From Balanoglossus misakiensis (lineage: Eukaryota; Animalia; Hemichordata), in the NCBI GenBank assembly GCA_040954595.2, contig CM082581.2, positions 11,032,186 to 11,096,185 on the forward strand: DNA of 64,000 nucleotides, given 5' to 3'. Position numbers and translations under genes: made by a program. The notes beneath the pieces were generated by a model. The model ran no database searches, was not told the DNA's origin, and was given only the letters and a program-made list of their open reading frames with translations. Numbering within the stretch: position 1 is the stretch's first letter; the number at the start of each line of letters is the position of its first letter. Below are positions 37,601 to 48,700 of this stretch, piece after piece.

Positions 37601-39674
37601 GGTTTACCTCGCCTGTCCCCCAAGTTCAGAAAACAAATAATCGCCACCCGCAGCTTGAACTCCGACCGAGTACAGTATACATGCTCTTAAGATGAGCGGA
37701 AAAAAGATTTCTTGTACACAGAGCAATATATTATCGGTTGGTATGGTTTTGGCATTGCTTTATTGGGAAAGCAAACATGGTGAACGTGGTATGTGTAATA
37801 ACTCAAGTTGAATCACACTGAGAGACGGCGGTGACTAATGACCGACGAGCCTGTACAGGTCCGCGGTAAAAGTAAACCGCAAGGTTTTTCAAAGACTGTA
37901 TTTCACACTTGCGGTGTACTAATCCGGAATCTAAATGCACACCATGCCAGTCTTCAGAATAGCGTCTATTCTGAGAGGAAAAAACTCACAAATATTCAGA
38001 AACTTTGCAACTGTTCGTCGGATAATGCAGCAGAAAGTTTCATCATGGCGGTATAGCCGTTTCGCGCAAGGACACACTACAACGCCATGACCCCGTCAAG
38101 TTCAAAGTGTCCCTTGTACACCTTTGGTGTTATTACCGTGACCTAGTTTCATTCTGTGGTCATAGGGTGGAGTTTCTGTAAGAAAGTTTGGCGGGTGTTT
38201 TTCATAGTGACTGCAGAACCAGTTTTCCTTTTGTTCCGTTTTGTTGTACCGCCTCAGATTCCGCCACACAAATCTTTTGTTTCGAATCACTGCCCCCAGC
38301 ACTTGATATCGCTGCGATAAAGAAATTAAGAAAAGTCAGCTCATGCGTGTATAATCTGCTAACAGTGGGCCCTCGTTCTGGTTTCAATACTATCACAATA
38401 TTCTCTCGAACTGGCCTACATATGACGAGGTCTTGGTCAAGGTCACACATCACATGACACATAAAACTACCTGCGGAATCGCCATTTCGAGGTGAGTCAC
38501 TCGCCGCAATTTGCTAATATCATACGCGCGTTGAGTAATGATGTTGGTGTCCGCCTGAGGGAACTAGTCCGGATCCGCAGTATTATGTTGGAAAATTAAC
38601 GACTGAAATAATGATCTCTGTCTTCGGTAATTAAAATAAAACGAGTTATTAAAAATCCATGATGACACGTCGCTGGATTGTGGATTATAGTTTTGCACAC
38701 TACGATTTTCTTAAAACAGACTGTCTTACAAACGGCGTAACTTGTTGACCTTTAAAGTCGTAGATCAGTTTTACGACTATAGTTTGCCGAAGTGCATGTA
38801 TCGATTTGAGTGGGACCTCACAGGCAACTGCCTGCAAATTGTGTGATCTTGTCCATTTTGTCACCTTGCGCGAAAAGTGTCCTAGCCATCACACGTGCCG
38901 GGACTGTCACCACTATGTGAAGTGTCGCTCAGGATCCTCAAATACGCGTTGATCCGCTTGTTTGACCAATAAACGGATTTGTAATCTTTGTAGTGGGAGG
39001 ACTGTTGTCTTTATTTCATGAATATAGCGGTCCTACAGTCGGCGCTCAATAAAACAATCGATATTTTCCATTAAAATTGAGAGCTTCCTGAATTAATAGC
39101 CGGTTTGCTTTGTCTCACGCGGCTCGTTCTGAAATATACAAGGCATCACAGAAAGGTCGCACGTGATTGGTCGAAAGCCGGCATATTATGAAAAGCGATT
39201 CCCGTTTTTATAATGAGGTACACGAATACGTCATTATGTTGACCCGTATTGTAGCCAGCTCTTCACAACAAAGCCGTTTAGTACCCTGAACGTTACACCA
39301 GGCCCATTACTTCAAAGCATCGTTGACTTTTATTTACCGGACAATAGGTATCTTGAAATATCGCCGCACGGGAGCAAGCGGATAGTCAACTGTGTATATT
39401 TTTTGCGGATACTCGTGTACTCGCACCGTGTGTACAGTTTACTAGGAATACGCGCATTTACCAGAGTGTGCGTAGTGACTACATTAGTCTACAACACTGC
39501 CACTTGAGTGTCGAGTACACCTGATATTTTTCTGTTTACCGACGTGTTTGCGGTATACCCAGTGACCGTCGAGCGCTGTCCAGCAACTTGAAGACACACA
39601 CGAGCTTTCAGTGTGTGTTAATCGTATCGGGACAACCAGCGTTTCCAGCTTTCGGAAAGGGGAGAAAAAAAAAC

Positions 39675-40174
39675 ATGAGCTCGCCCGCCAGTGGATTCTA
39701 CTGCAACAATCGAACAATAGAGGCGAAACTGTCGCAGCCGCATGAACAAGTGAAAGTGAACCGACAGCAGGAGAAAATTCTGGAGCTGAATTTCCAACAG
39801 TACAAGAATATTGATGAAATTACACTGGAAATAACTGCAGCAGAAACCGGCTTGAGCGTCCGAGACTGTGAGGTAAAGTAGACGATATATATTACGTGCG
39901 TGTTCCATGTTTACTGACTTTTATTTTTCACGAATAAGTAATCTCGCCATGTTTTTCTCACATTGCTGCTATTGTCAGTTAATCCAGCGTGTGGCTCCAG
40001 CGCATGCACCGTACCGTCGGTAGCCCACCCCCATTAAGAGCTACTACTCGACATAATTGGACCTGGTCTCCCTTTCATCTTGTTTTCCCCCGACAGAAGT
40101 GGTTCCAGCACCGTAAAGCATTGTGGAGAAAGAAGGAGGGCCTGTCTCCCAACAGTCATCAGATTACTGACTGA
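39675..40174 (+). CDS. HOPX: Homeodomain-only protein (HOPX-like), 91 aa
   Basis: Exons 39675-39872 and 40097-40174(TGA), phase-0 intron just before KWF. Protein MSSPASGFYCNNRTIEAKLSQPHEQVKVNRQQEKILELNFQQYKNIDEITLEITAAETGLSVRDCE|KWFQHRKALWRKKEGLSPNSHQITD matches HOPX hallmarks (ILExNF, AAExGLS, KWFxxRxAxWRxxEGL, C-terminal xTD) and lacks Asn51. Confidence 0.9.
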
Positions 40175-41224
40175 TGATCGTGGCGTTCAAAATAAGCTAC
40201 CGTGTAAGCGTGTCCATACCGGGTTGAAAGAAACCGCGCGTCCATATGTCATCCACCCCTCGGCCACTTAGTTCAAACCAACCCGTGTGCTACCGGTATT
40301 ACGCATCGGTATATATATATTTATAACTCGTTCACGAATATAGATTGGGGCACTGAAGGGGTTAACATTATATTGCATGTACTCGACAGGGACAACACTC
40401 GTCTCTGTCACATCTGTCTGTGCCTGCTACTCATTTCAACGCGTTCTGTGCGTTTCGCACCAACATATAAACATGCGGAAATGATCATTCATTCAGCGAT
40501 GACGCGCATAGACAATCGCAATGACAATAGCCATAGAAGAACGAGGAGGAGATGGGGGAGGGGGATGATTTTAATACAATTGTAAGTGCTACAAAGAGAG
40601 ACTGATATTATTTACGTTTCAGCGTTTTTGGCAGACGATAAATGTCACACGTGTTATGTTTTGAATTTCGATATTTTCGGATGTATATTTTCTGTTCGTG
40701 TAATATATTTAAATCAGAGTTTCTATTGTATAGTGAGCGAACAAAGACCCCTTTGAAAGCGAGTCGGCCATTTTTTTTGTCGAAAGCGACGACTATCGCG
40801 AGTGTAAGGATTCTGTGTTGTGTTATATTGTTAACAAAGCTTACGTGCAAGCTGCATCGATCTACTGTACACCGAATGCATAATTTATGAATTTAATTTG
40901 CATATATTGTATTGAGCTTATTTATTTTGTCGGGTTATTACCGTCAAAGTGCTTTCAATGTTCTTATGACGTGCAATATTTTCATGCGTTGTTTTCTGTT
41001 TTTGGTGAATTTAACCTAACTGCGGGAAGACTGACATGACTGGGTGGTTTTAGTGGTATGTGAAAAAAAACACCCCGAAGACAGGTTTATAAACGGTATA
41101 CACCTTTTCTCTGTCAAAAATCGTCTAACTTATTAAAACGACGAGGTTTGTGGAAATAAAATAATTAAATTTTTAAGTGCCGTATATATGAAATTGTAAG
41201 CACGTATGTTGTACTCTAGCTGGA

Positions 41225-41249
41225 TGTGTGTGTGTGTGTGTGTGTGTGT

Positions 41250-41313
<64 letters not shown>
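41225..41313. repeat. Compound (GT)n(CT)n microsatellite
   Basis: About 14 GT units directly followed by about 30 CT units. Confidence 0.95.
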
Positions 41314-41319
<6 letters not shown>

Positions 41320-42756
41320 GATACACTACGAATTAATATTGCTGAGCGGTTTCATCACTTGTCTTATATCAAAAGATGCACACAAACCAGGTTTAGTCAT
41401 ATTGTGTTGGCCACCGTGCACACTCTATAGAGCAGCAGAAATATTAATCAATCACGAGCATGCACAGAATCTGATGACGCGTTTAGAGTCCATCTGTGAC
41501 AGAGTTAGGTATCGGGGTGATTTCATAAAACCGATCGACTAATAATAATCGTTGTCTGTGCTGTTCCATGCCCAGCATGGGCACGATAGAATCTGCCACA
41601 GCTGTAGTGAACATTGATAACACCCATGCAGTCACGTGCTTCAAGTAAGGCCATGCCGATTCACTCACTACAAGGCGTTTCTGGCGATTTCTTGTTGTTT
41701 TTCCTAATCTCTCAACCCCTCCCACCGTTCGTCTTTTTAAGCGGAGAGGAGCTGACTGTGACGAACGGCTCAAATTCCAGAAAAGACAATGTACCAGAGA
41801 GTGTTTGCAAAATCCGTCATATTTGATGTTTGCACATCTGACGCCAAATCCGACATGATGTCATCGATAACGGCCTCTTGGTATTACATGTATAAATTAC
41901 TTTGGATAACTGGAAACGCAATTAATTGTTTATACAAAATGTCTCTGCTCACTGCCTCTAGAGAATTACCTCGGTAATTAGTTTTCTTCGCTCGATTCTG
42001 CAAACTGTCTAATTATCATCGTGGTTATATTACTCATCAAACCCGTCCAACTGTTCATGACTGTAGCAATCGATGCTCACACACACATGGGAGATGTATC
42101 GATTTGTTTACTCGTTAAGTAAAGCCCATAGAGCCTGGTATTCGTTCAGAGAGAGTGAAACACGTACGTTGGCAATAAATACCTGGATACCATCACGTTT
42201 TTACGACGCATGCAGATGTGACAGTGTGTAGGTGAAAATAAATACAGCGACATTGGGTTATAATTAGAAGTGCAGAATCGATAATTCTGGAATGTATGAT
42301 CGAATTTTACATATAGTATTATTGTTTCTAGGATTTTGGTCGATCATTGGAAAGACAAAGCTGATGTTTTTATGCAACAGAACACTTTTTTAGAGTTAAT
42401 TAAATGATTAACTATAACAAAGTAAACTGTCAACCCGCATATATAGTAACGACGGAATCTACAACAACTCGGCCTTGCCAATGTTTACCGTATGTCCTTT
42501 AATACAATCAGTTGACACGTCCTTTGGAACCTAGGATTCAAGCACAACATAAAATCGAATTACTCCTCATACAACCTCCAGTGCACAGTTTACACACTGG
42601 AGAGTTGCCACATGGACCATCGCTTTGGTTTGAAGTAGAGCGAAAGCAGCGCCCTCACTGGTGGATGCAAGACAAAGACTGATTGCCGAAAATGCAAAGG
42701 TATTTCGAACAGTACAACTACTATCAGGCATTAAAATATTTTGAACCAATTATGAG

Positions 42757-45700
42757 AAATGACAATTTTTCGACTTTGCGAATTTTCAAAATTTCTTCAT
42801 TTTTTGAAAAAATCATGGGTTATAGCTCATGAAAATCATCCCAAGATGACAATTTTTCGACTTTGCGAATTTTCAAAATTTGGTCATTTATTGAAAAAAT
42901 CATGGGTTATAGCTCATGAAAATCATCCCAAGATAACAATTTTTCGACTTTGCGAATTTTATAAATTTGATCATTTTTTGAAAAAATCATGGGTTATAGC
43001 TCATGAAAATCATCCCAAAATGACAATTTTTCGACTTTGCGAATTTTCAAAATTTGTTCATTTTTTGAAAAAATCATGGGTTATAGCTCATGAAAATCAT
43101 CCCAGAATGACAATTTTTCGACTTTGCGAATTTTCAAAATTTGGTCATTTTTTGAAAAAATCATGGGTTATAGCTCAAGAAAATCACCCCAGAATGACAA
43201 TTTTTCGACTTTGCGAATTTTCAAAATTTGGTCATTTTTTGAAAAAATCATGGGTTATAGCTCATGAAAATCATCCCAGAATGACAATTTTTCGACTTTG
43301 CGAATTTTCAAAATTTGGTCATTTTTTGAAAAAATCATGGGTTATAGCTCATGAAAATCATCCCAGAATGACAATTTTTCGACTTTGCGAATTTTCAAAA
43401 TTTGGTCATTTTTTGAAAAAATCATGGGTTATAGCTCATGAAAATCATCCCAGAATGACAATTTTTCGACTTTGCGAATTTTCAAAATTTGGTCATTTTT
43501 TGAAAAAATCATGGGTTATAGCTCATGAAAATCATCCCAAGATGACAATTTTTCGACTTTGCGAATTTTAAAAATTTGGTCATTTTTTGAAAAAATCATG
43601 GGTTATAGCTCATGAAAATCATCCCAAAATGACAATTTTTCGACTTTGCGAATTTTCAAAATTTGGTCATTTTTTGAAAAAATCATGGGTTATAGCTCAT
43701 GAAAATCATCCCAAAATGACAATTTTTCGACTTTTCCAAATCTCGAAATTTCGCCGATTTTTGAAAAAATCATGGGTTATAGCTCATGAAAATCATCCCA
43801 GAATGACAATTTTTCGACTTTGCGAATTTTCAAAATTTGGTCATATTTTGAAAAAATCATGGGTTATAGCTCAGGAAAATCATCAAAAATCGCCGATTTT
43901 TCGACTTTTCCAAATCTCGAAATTTCGCCGATTTTTGAAAAAATCATGGGTTATAGCTCAGGAAAATCATCAAAAATCGCCAATTTTTCGACTTTTCCAA
44001 ATCTCGAAATTTCGCCGATTTTTGAAAAAATCATGGGTTATAGCTCAGGAAAATCATCAAAAATCGCCGATTTTTCGACTTTTTCAAATCTTGAAATTTC
44101 GCCGATTTTTGAAAAAATCATTGGTTATAGCTCAGGAAAATAATCAAAAATCGCCGATTTTTCGACTTTTCCAAATCTCGAAATTTCGCCGATTTTTGAA
44201 AAAATCATGGGTTATAGCTCAGGAAAATCATCAAAAATCGCCGATTTTTCGACTTTTCCAAATCTCGAAATTTCGCCGATTTTTAAAAAAATTATGGGTT
44301 ATAGCTCAGGAAAATCATCAAAAATCGCCGATTTTTCGACTTTTCCAAATCTCGAAATTTCGCCGATTTTTGAAAAAATCATGGGTTATAGCTCAAGAAA
44401 ATCATCAAAAATCGCCGATTTTTCGACTTTTCCAAATCTCGAAATTTCGCCGATTTTTGAAAAAATCATGGGTTATAGCTCATGAAAATCATCCCAGAAT
44501 GACAATTTTTCGACTTTGCGAATTTTCAAAATTTGGTCATTTTTTGAAAAAATCATGAGTTATAGCTCAGGAAAATCATCAAAAATCCCCGATTTTTCGA
44601 CTTTTCCAAATCTCGAAATTTCGCCGATTTTTGAAAAAATCATGGGTTATAGCTCAGGAAAATCATCAAAAATCGCCGATTTTTCGACTTTTCCAAATCT
44701 CGAAATTTCGCCGATTTTTGAATAAATCTTGGGTTATAGCTCAGGAAAATCATCAAAAATCGCCGATTTTTCGACTTTTCCAAATCTCGAAATTTCGCCG
44801 ATTTTTGAAAAAATCATGGGTTACAGCTCATGAAAATCATCCCAGAATGACAATTTTTCGACTTTGCGAATTTTCAAAATTTGGTCATTTTTTGAAAAAA
44901 TCATGGGTTATAGCTCAGGAAAATCATCAAAAATCGCCGATTTTTCGACTTTTCCAAATCTCGAAATTTCGCCGATTTTTGAAAAAATCATGGGTTATAG
45001 CTCAGGAAAATCATCAAAAATCGCCGATTTTTCGACTTTTCCAAATCTCGAAATTTCGCCGATTTTTGAAAAAATCATGGGTTATAGCTCAAGAAAATCA
45101 TCAAAAATCGCCGATTTTTCGACTTTTCCAAATCTCGAAATTTCGCCGATTTTTGAAAAAATCATGGGTTATAGCTCATGAAAATCATCCCAGAATGACA
45201 ATTTTTCGACTTTGCGAATTTTCAAAATTTGGTCATTTTTTGAAAAAATCATGGGTTATAGCTCAGGAAAATCATCAAAAATCGCCGATTTTTCGACTTT
45301 TCCAAATCTCGAAATTTCGCCGATTTTTGAAAAAATCATGGGTTATAGCTCATGAAAATCATCCCAGAATGACAATTTTTCGACTTTGCGAATTTTCAAA
45401 ATTTGGTCATTTTTTGAAAAAATCATGGGTTATAGCTCATGAAAATCATCCCAAAATGACAATTTTTCGACTTTGCGAATTTTCAAAATTTGGTAATTTT
45501 TTGAAAAAATCATGGGTTATAGCTCAGGAAAATCATCAAAAATCGCCGATTTTTCGACTTTTCCAAATCTCGAAATTTCGCCGATTTTTGAAAGAATCAT
45601 GGGTTATAGCTCAGGAAAATCATCAAAAATCGCCGATTTTTCGACTTTTCCAAATCTCGAAATTTCGCCGATTTTTGAAAAAATCATGGGTTATAGCTCA

Positions 45701-48700
45701 GGAAAATCATTAAAAATCGCCGATTTTTCGACTTTTCCAAATCTCGAAATTTCGCCGATTTTTGAAAAAATCATGGGTTATAGCTCATGAAAATCATCCC
45801 AGAATGACAATTTTTCGACTTTGCGAATTTTCAAAATTTGGTCATTTTTTGAAAAAATCATGGGTTATAGCTCATGAAAATCATCCCAGAATGACAATTT
45901 TTCGACTTTGCGAATTTTCAAAATTTGGTCATTTTTTGAAAAAATCATGGGTTATAGCTCATGAAAATCATCCCAGAATGACAATTTTTCGACTTTGCGA
46001 ATTTTCAAAATTTGGTCATTTTTTGAAAAAATCATGGGTTATAGCTCAGGAAAATCATCCCAGAATGACAATTTTTCGACTTTGCGAATTTTCAAAATTT
46101 GGTCATTTTTTGAAAAAATCATGGGTTATAGCTCATGAAAATCGTCCCAGAATGACAATTTTTCGACTTTGCAAATTTTCAAAATTTGGTCATTTTTTGA
46201 AAAAATCATGGGTTACAGCTCATGAAAATCATCCTAGAATGACAATTTTTCGACTTTGCGAATTTTCAAAATTTGGTCATTTTTTGAAATAATCATGGGT
46301 TATAGCTCATGAAAATCATCCCAGAATGACAATTTTTCGACTTTGCGAATTTTCAAAATTTGGTCATTTTTTGAAAAAATCATGGGTTATAGCTCATGAA
46401 AATCATCCCAGAATGACAATTTTTCGACTTTGCGAATTTTCAAAATTTGGTCATTTTTTGAAAAAATCATGGGTTATAGCTCATGAAAATCATCCCAGAA
46501 TGACAATTTTTCGACTTTGCGAATTTTCAAAATTTGGTCATTTTTTGAAAAAATCATGGGTTATAGCTCATGAAAATCATCCCAGAATGACAATTTTTCG
46601 ACTTTGCGAATTTTCAAAATTTGGTCATTTTTTGAAAAAATCATGGGTTATAGCTCATGAAAATCATCCCAGAATGACAATTTTTCGACTTTGCGAATTT
46701 TCGAAATTTGGTCATTTTTTGAAAAAATCATGGGTTTTAGCTCATGAAAATCATCCCAGAATGACAATTTTTCGACTTTGCGAATTTTCAAAATTTGGTC
46801 ATTTTTTGAAAAAGTCATGGGTTATAGCTCATGAAAATCATCCCAAAATGACAATTTTTCGACTTTGCGAATTTTCAAAATTTGGTAATTTTTTGAAAAA
46901 ATCATGGGTTATAGCTCAGGAAAATCATCAAAAATCGCCGATTTTTCGACTTTTCCAAATCTCGAAATTTCGCCGATTTTTGAAAAAATCATGGGTTATA
47001 GCTCAGGAAAATCATCAAAAATCGCCGATTTTTCGACTTTTCCAAATCTCGAAATTTCGCCGATTTTTGAAAAAATCATGGGTTATAGCTCAGGAAAATC
47101 ATCAAAAATCGCCGATTTTTCGACTTTTCCAAATCTCGAAATTTCGCCGATTTTTGAAAAAATCATGGGTTATAGCTCAGGAAAATCATCAAAAATCGCC
47201 GATTTTTCGACTTTTCCAAATCTCGAAATTTCGCCGATTTTTGAAAAAATCATGGGTTATAGCTCAAGAAAATCATCAAAAATCGCCTATTTTTCGACTT
47301 TTCCAAATCTCGAAATTTCGCCGATTTTTGAAAAAAACATGGGTTATAGCTCATGAAAATCATCCCAGAATGACAATTTTTCGACTTTGCGAATTTTCAA
47401 AATTTGGTCATTTTTTGAAAAAATCATGGGTTATAGCTCAGGAAAATCATCAAAAATCGCCGATTTTTCGACTTTTCCAAATCTCGAAATTTCGCCGATT
47501 TTTGAAAAAATCATGGGTTATAGCTCAGGAAAATCATCAAAAATCGCCGATTTTTTGACTTTTCCAAATCTCGAAATTTCGCCGATTTTTGAATAAATCT
47601 TGGGTTATAGCTCAGGAAAATCATCAAAAATCGCCGATTTTTCGACTTTTCCAAATCTCGAAATTTCGCCGATTTTTGAAAAAATCATGGGTTATAGCTC
47701 ATGAAAATCATCCCAGAATGACAATTTTTCGACTTTGCGAATTTTCAAAATTTGGTTATTTTTTGAAAAAATCATGGGTTATAGCTCAGGAAAATCATCA
47801 AAATCGCCGATTTTTCGACTTTTCCAAATCTCGAAATTTCGCCGATTTTTGAAAAAATCATGGGTTATAGCTCAAGAAAATCATCAAAAATCGCCGATTT
47901 TTCGACTTTTCCAAATCTCGAAATTTCGCCGATTTTTGAAAAAATCATGGGTTATAGCTCATGAAAATCATCCCAGAATGACAATTTTTCGACTTTGCGA
48001 ATTTTCAAAATTTGGTCATTTTTTGAAAAAATCATGGGTTATAGCTCATGAAAATCATCCCAGAATGACAATTTTTCGACTTTGCGAATTTTCAAAATTT
48101 GGTCATTTTTTGAAAAAATCATGGGTTATAGCTCATGAAAATCATCCCAGAATGACAATTTTTCGACTTTGCGAATTTTTCAAAATATGGTCATTTTTTG
48201 AAAAAATCATGGGTTATAGCTCATGAAAATCATCCCAGAATGACAATTTTTCGACTTTGCGAATTTTCAAAATTTGGTCATTTTTTGAAAAAATCATGGG
48301 TTATAGCTCATGAAAATCATCCCAGAATGACAATTTTTCGACTTTGCGAATTTTCAAAATTTGGTCATTTTTTGAAAAAATCATGGGTTATAGCTCAGGA
48401 AAATCATCAAAAATCGCCGATTTTTCGACGTTTCCAAATCTCGAAATTTCGCCGATTTTTGAAAAAATCATGGGTTATAGCTCAGGAAAATCATCAAAAA
48501 TCGCCGATTTTTCGACTTTTCCAAATCTCGAAATTTCGCCGATTTTGAAAAAATCATGGGTTATAGCTCAGGAAAATCATCAAAAATCGCCGATTTTTCG
48601 ACTTTTCCAAATCTCGAAATTTCGCCGATTTTTGAAAAAATCATGGGTTATAGCTCATGAAAATCATCAAAGAATGACAATTTTTCGACTTTGCGAATTT

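Noticed and set aside
35463-38462. Scattered 60-120 aa ORFs between ANKRD55 and HOPX
   Set aside because: No recognisable motifs or consistent splice chain; probably 3' UTR and regulatory DNA.
42817-42822. GGGTTA telomere-like hexamer in each monomer
   Set aside because: A single hexamer per 87 bp is expected by chance; no tandem TTAGGG.
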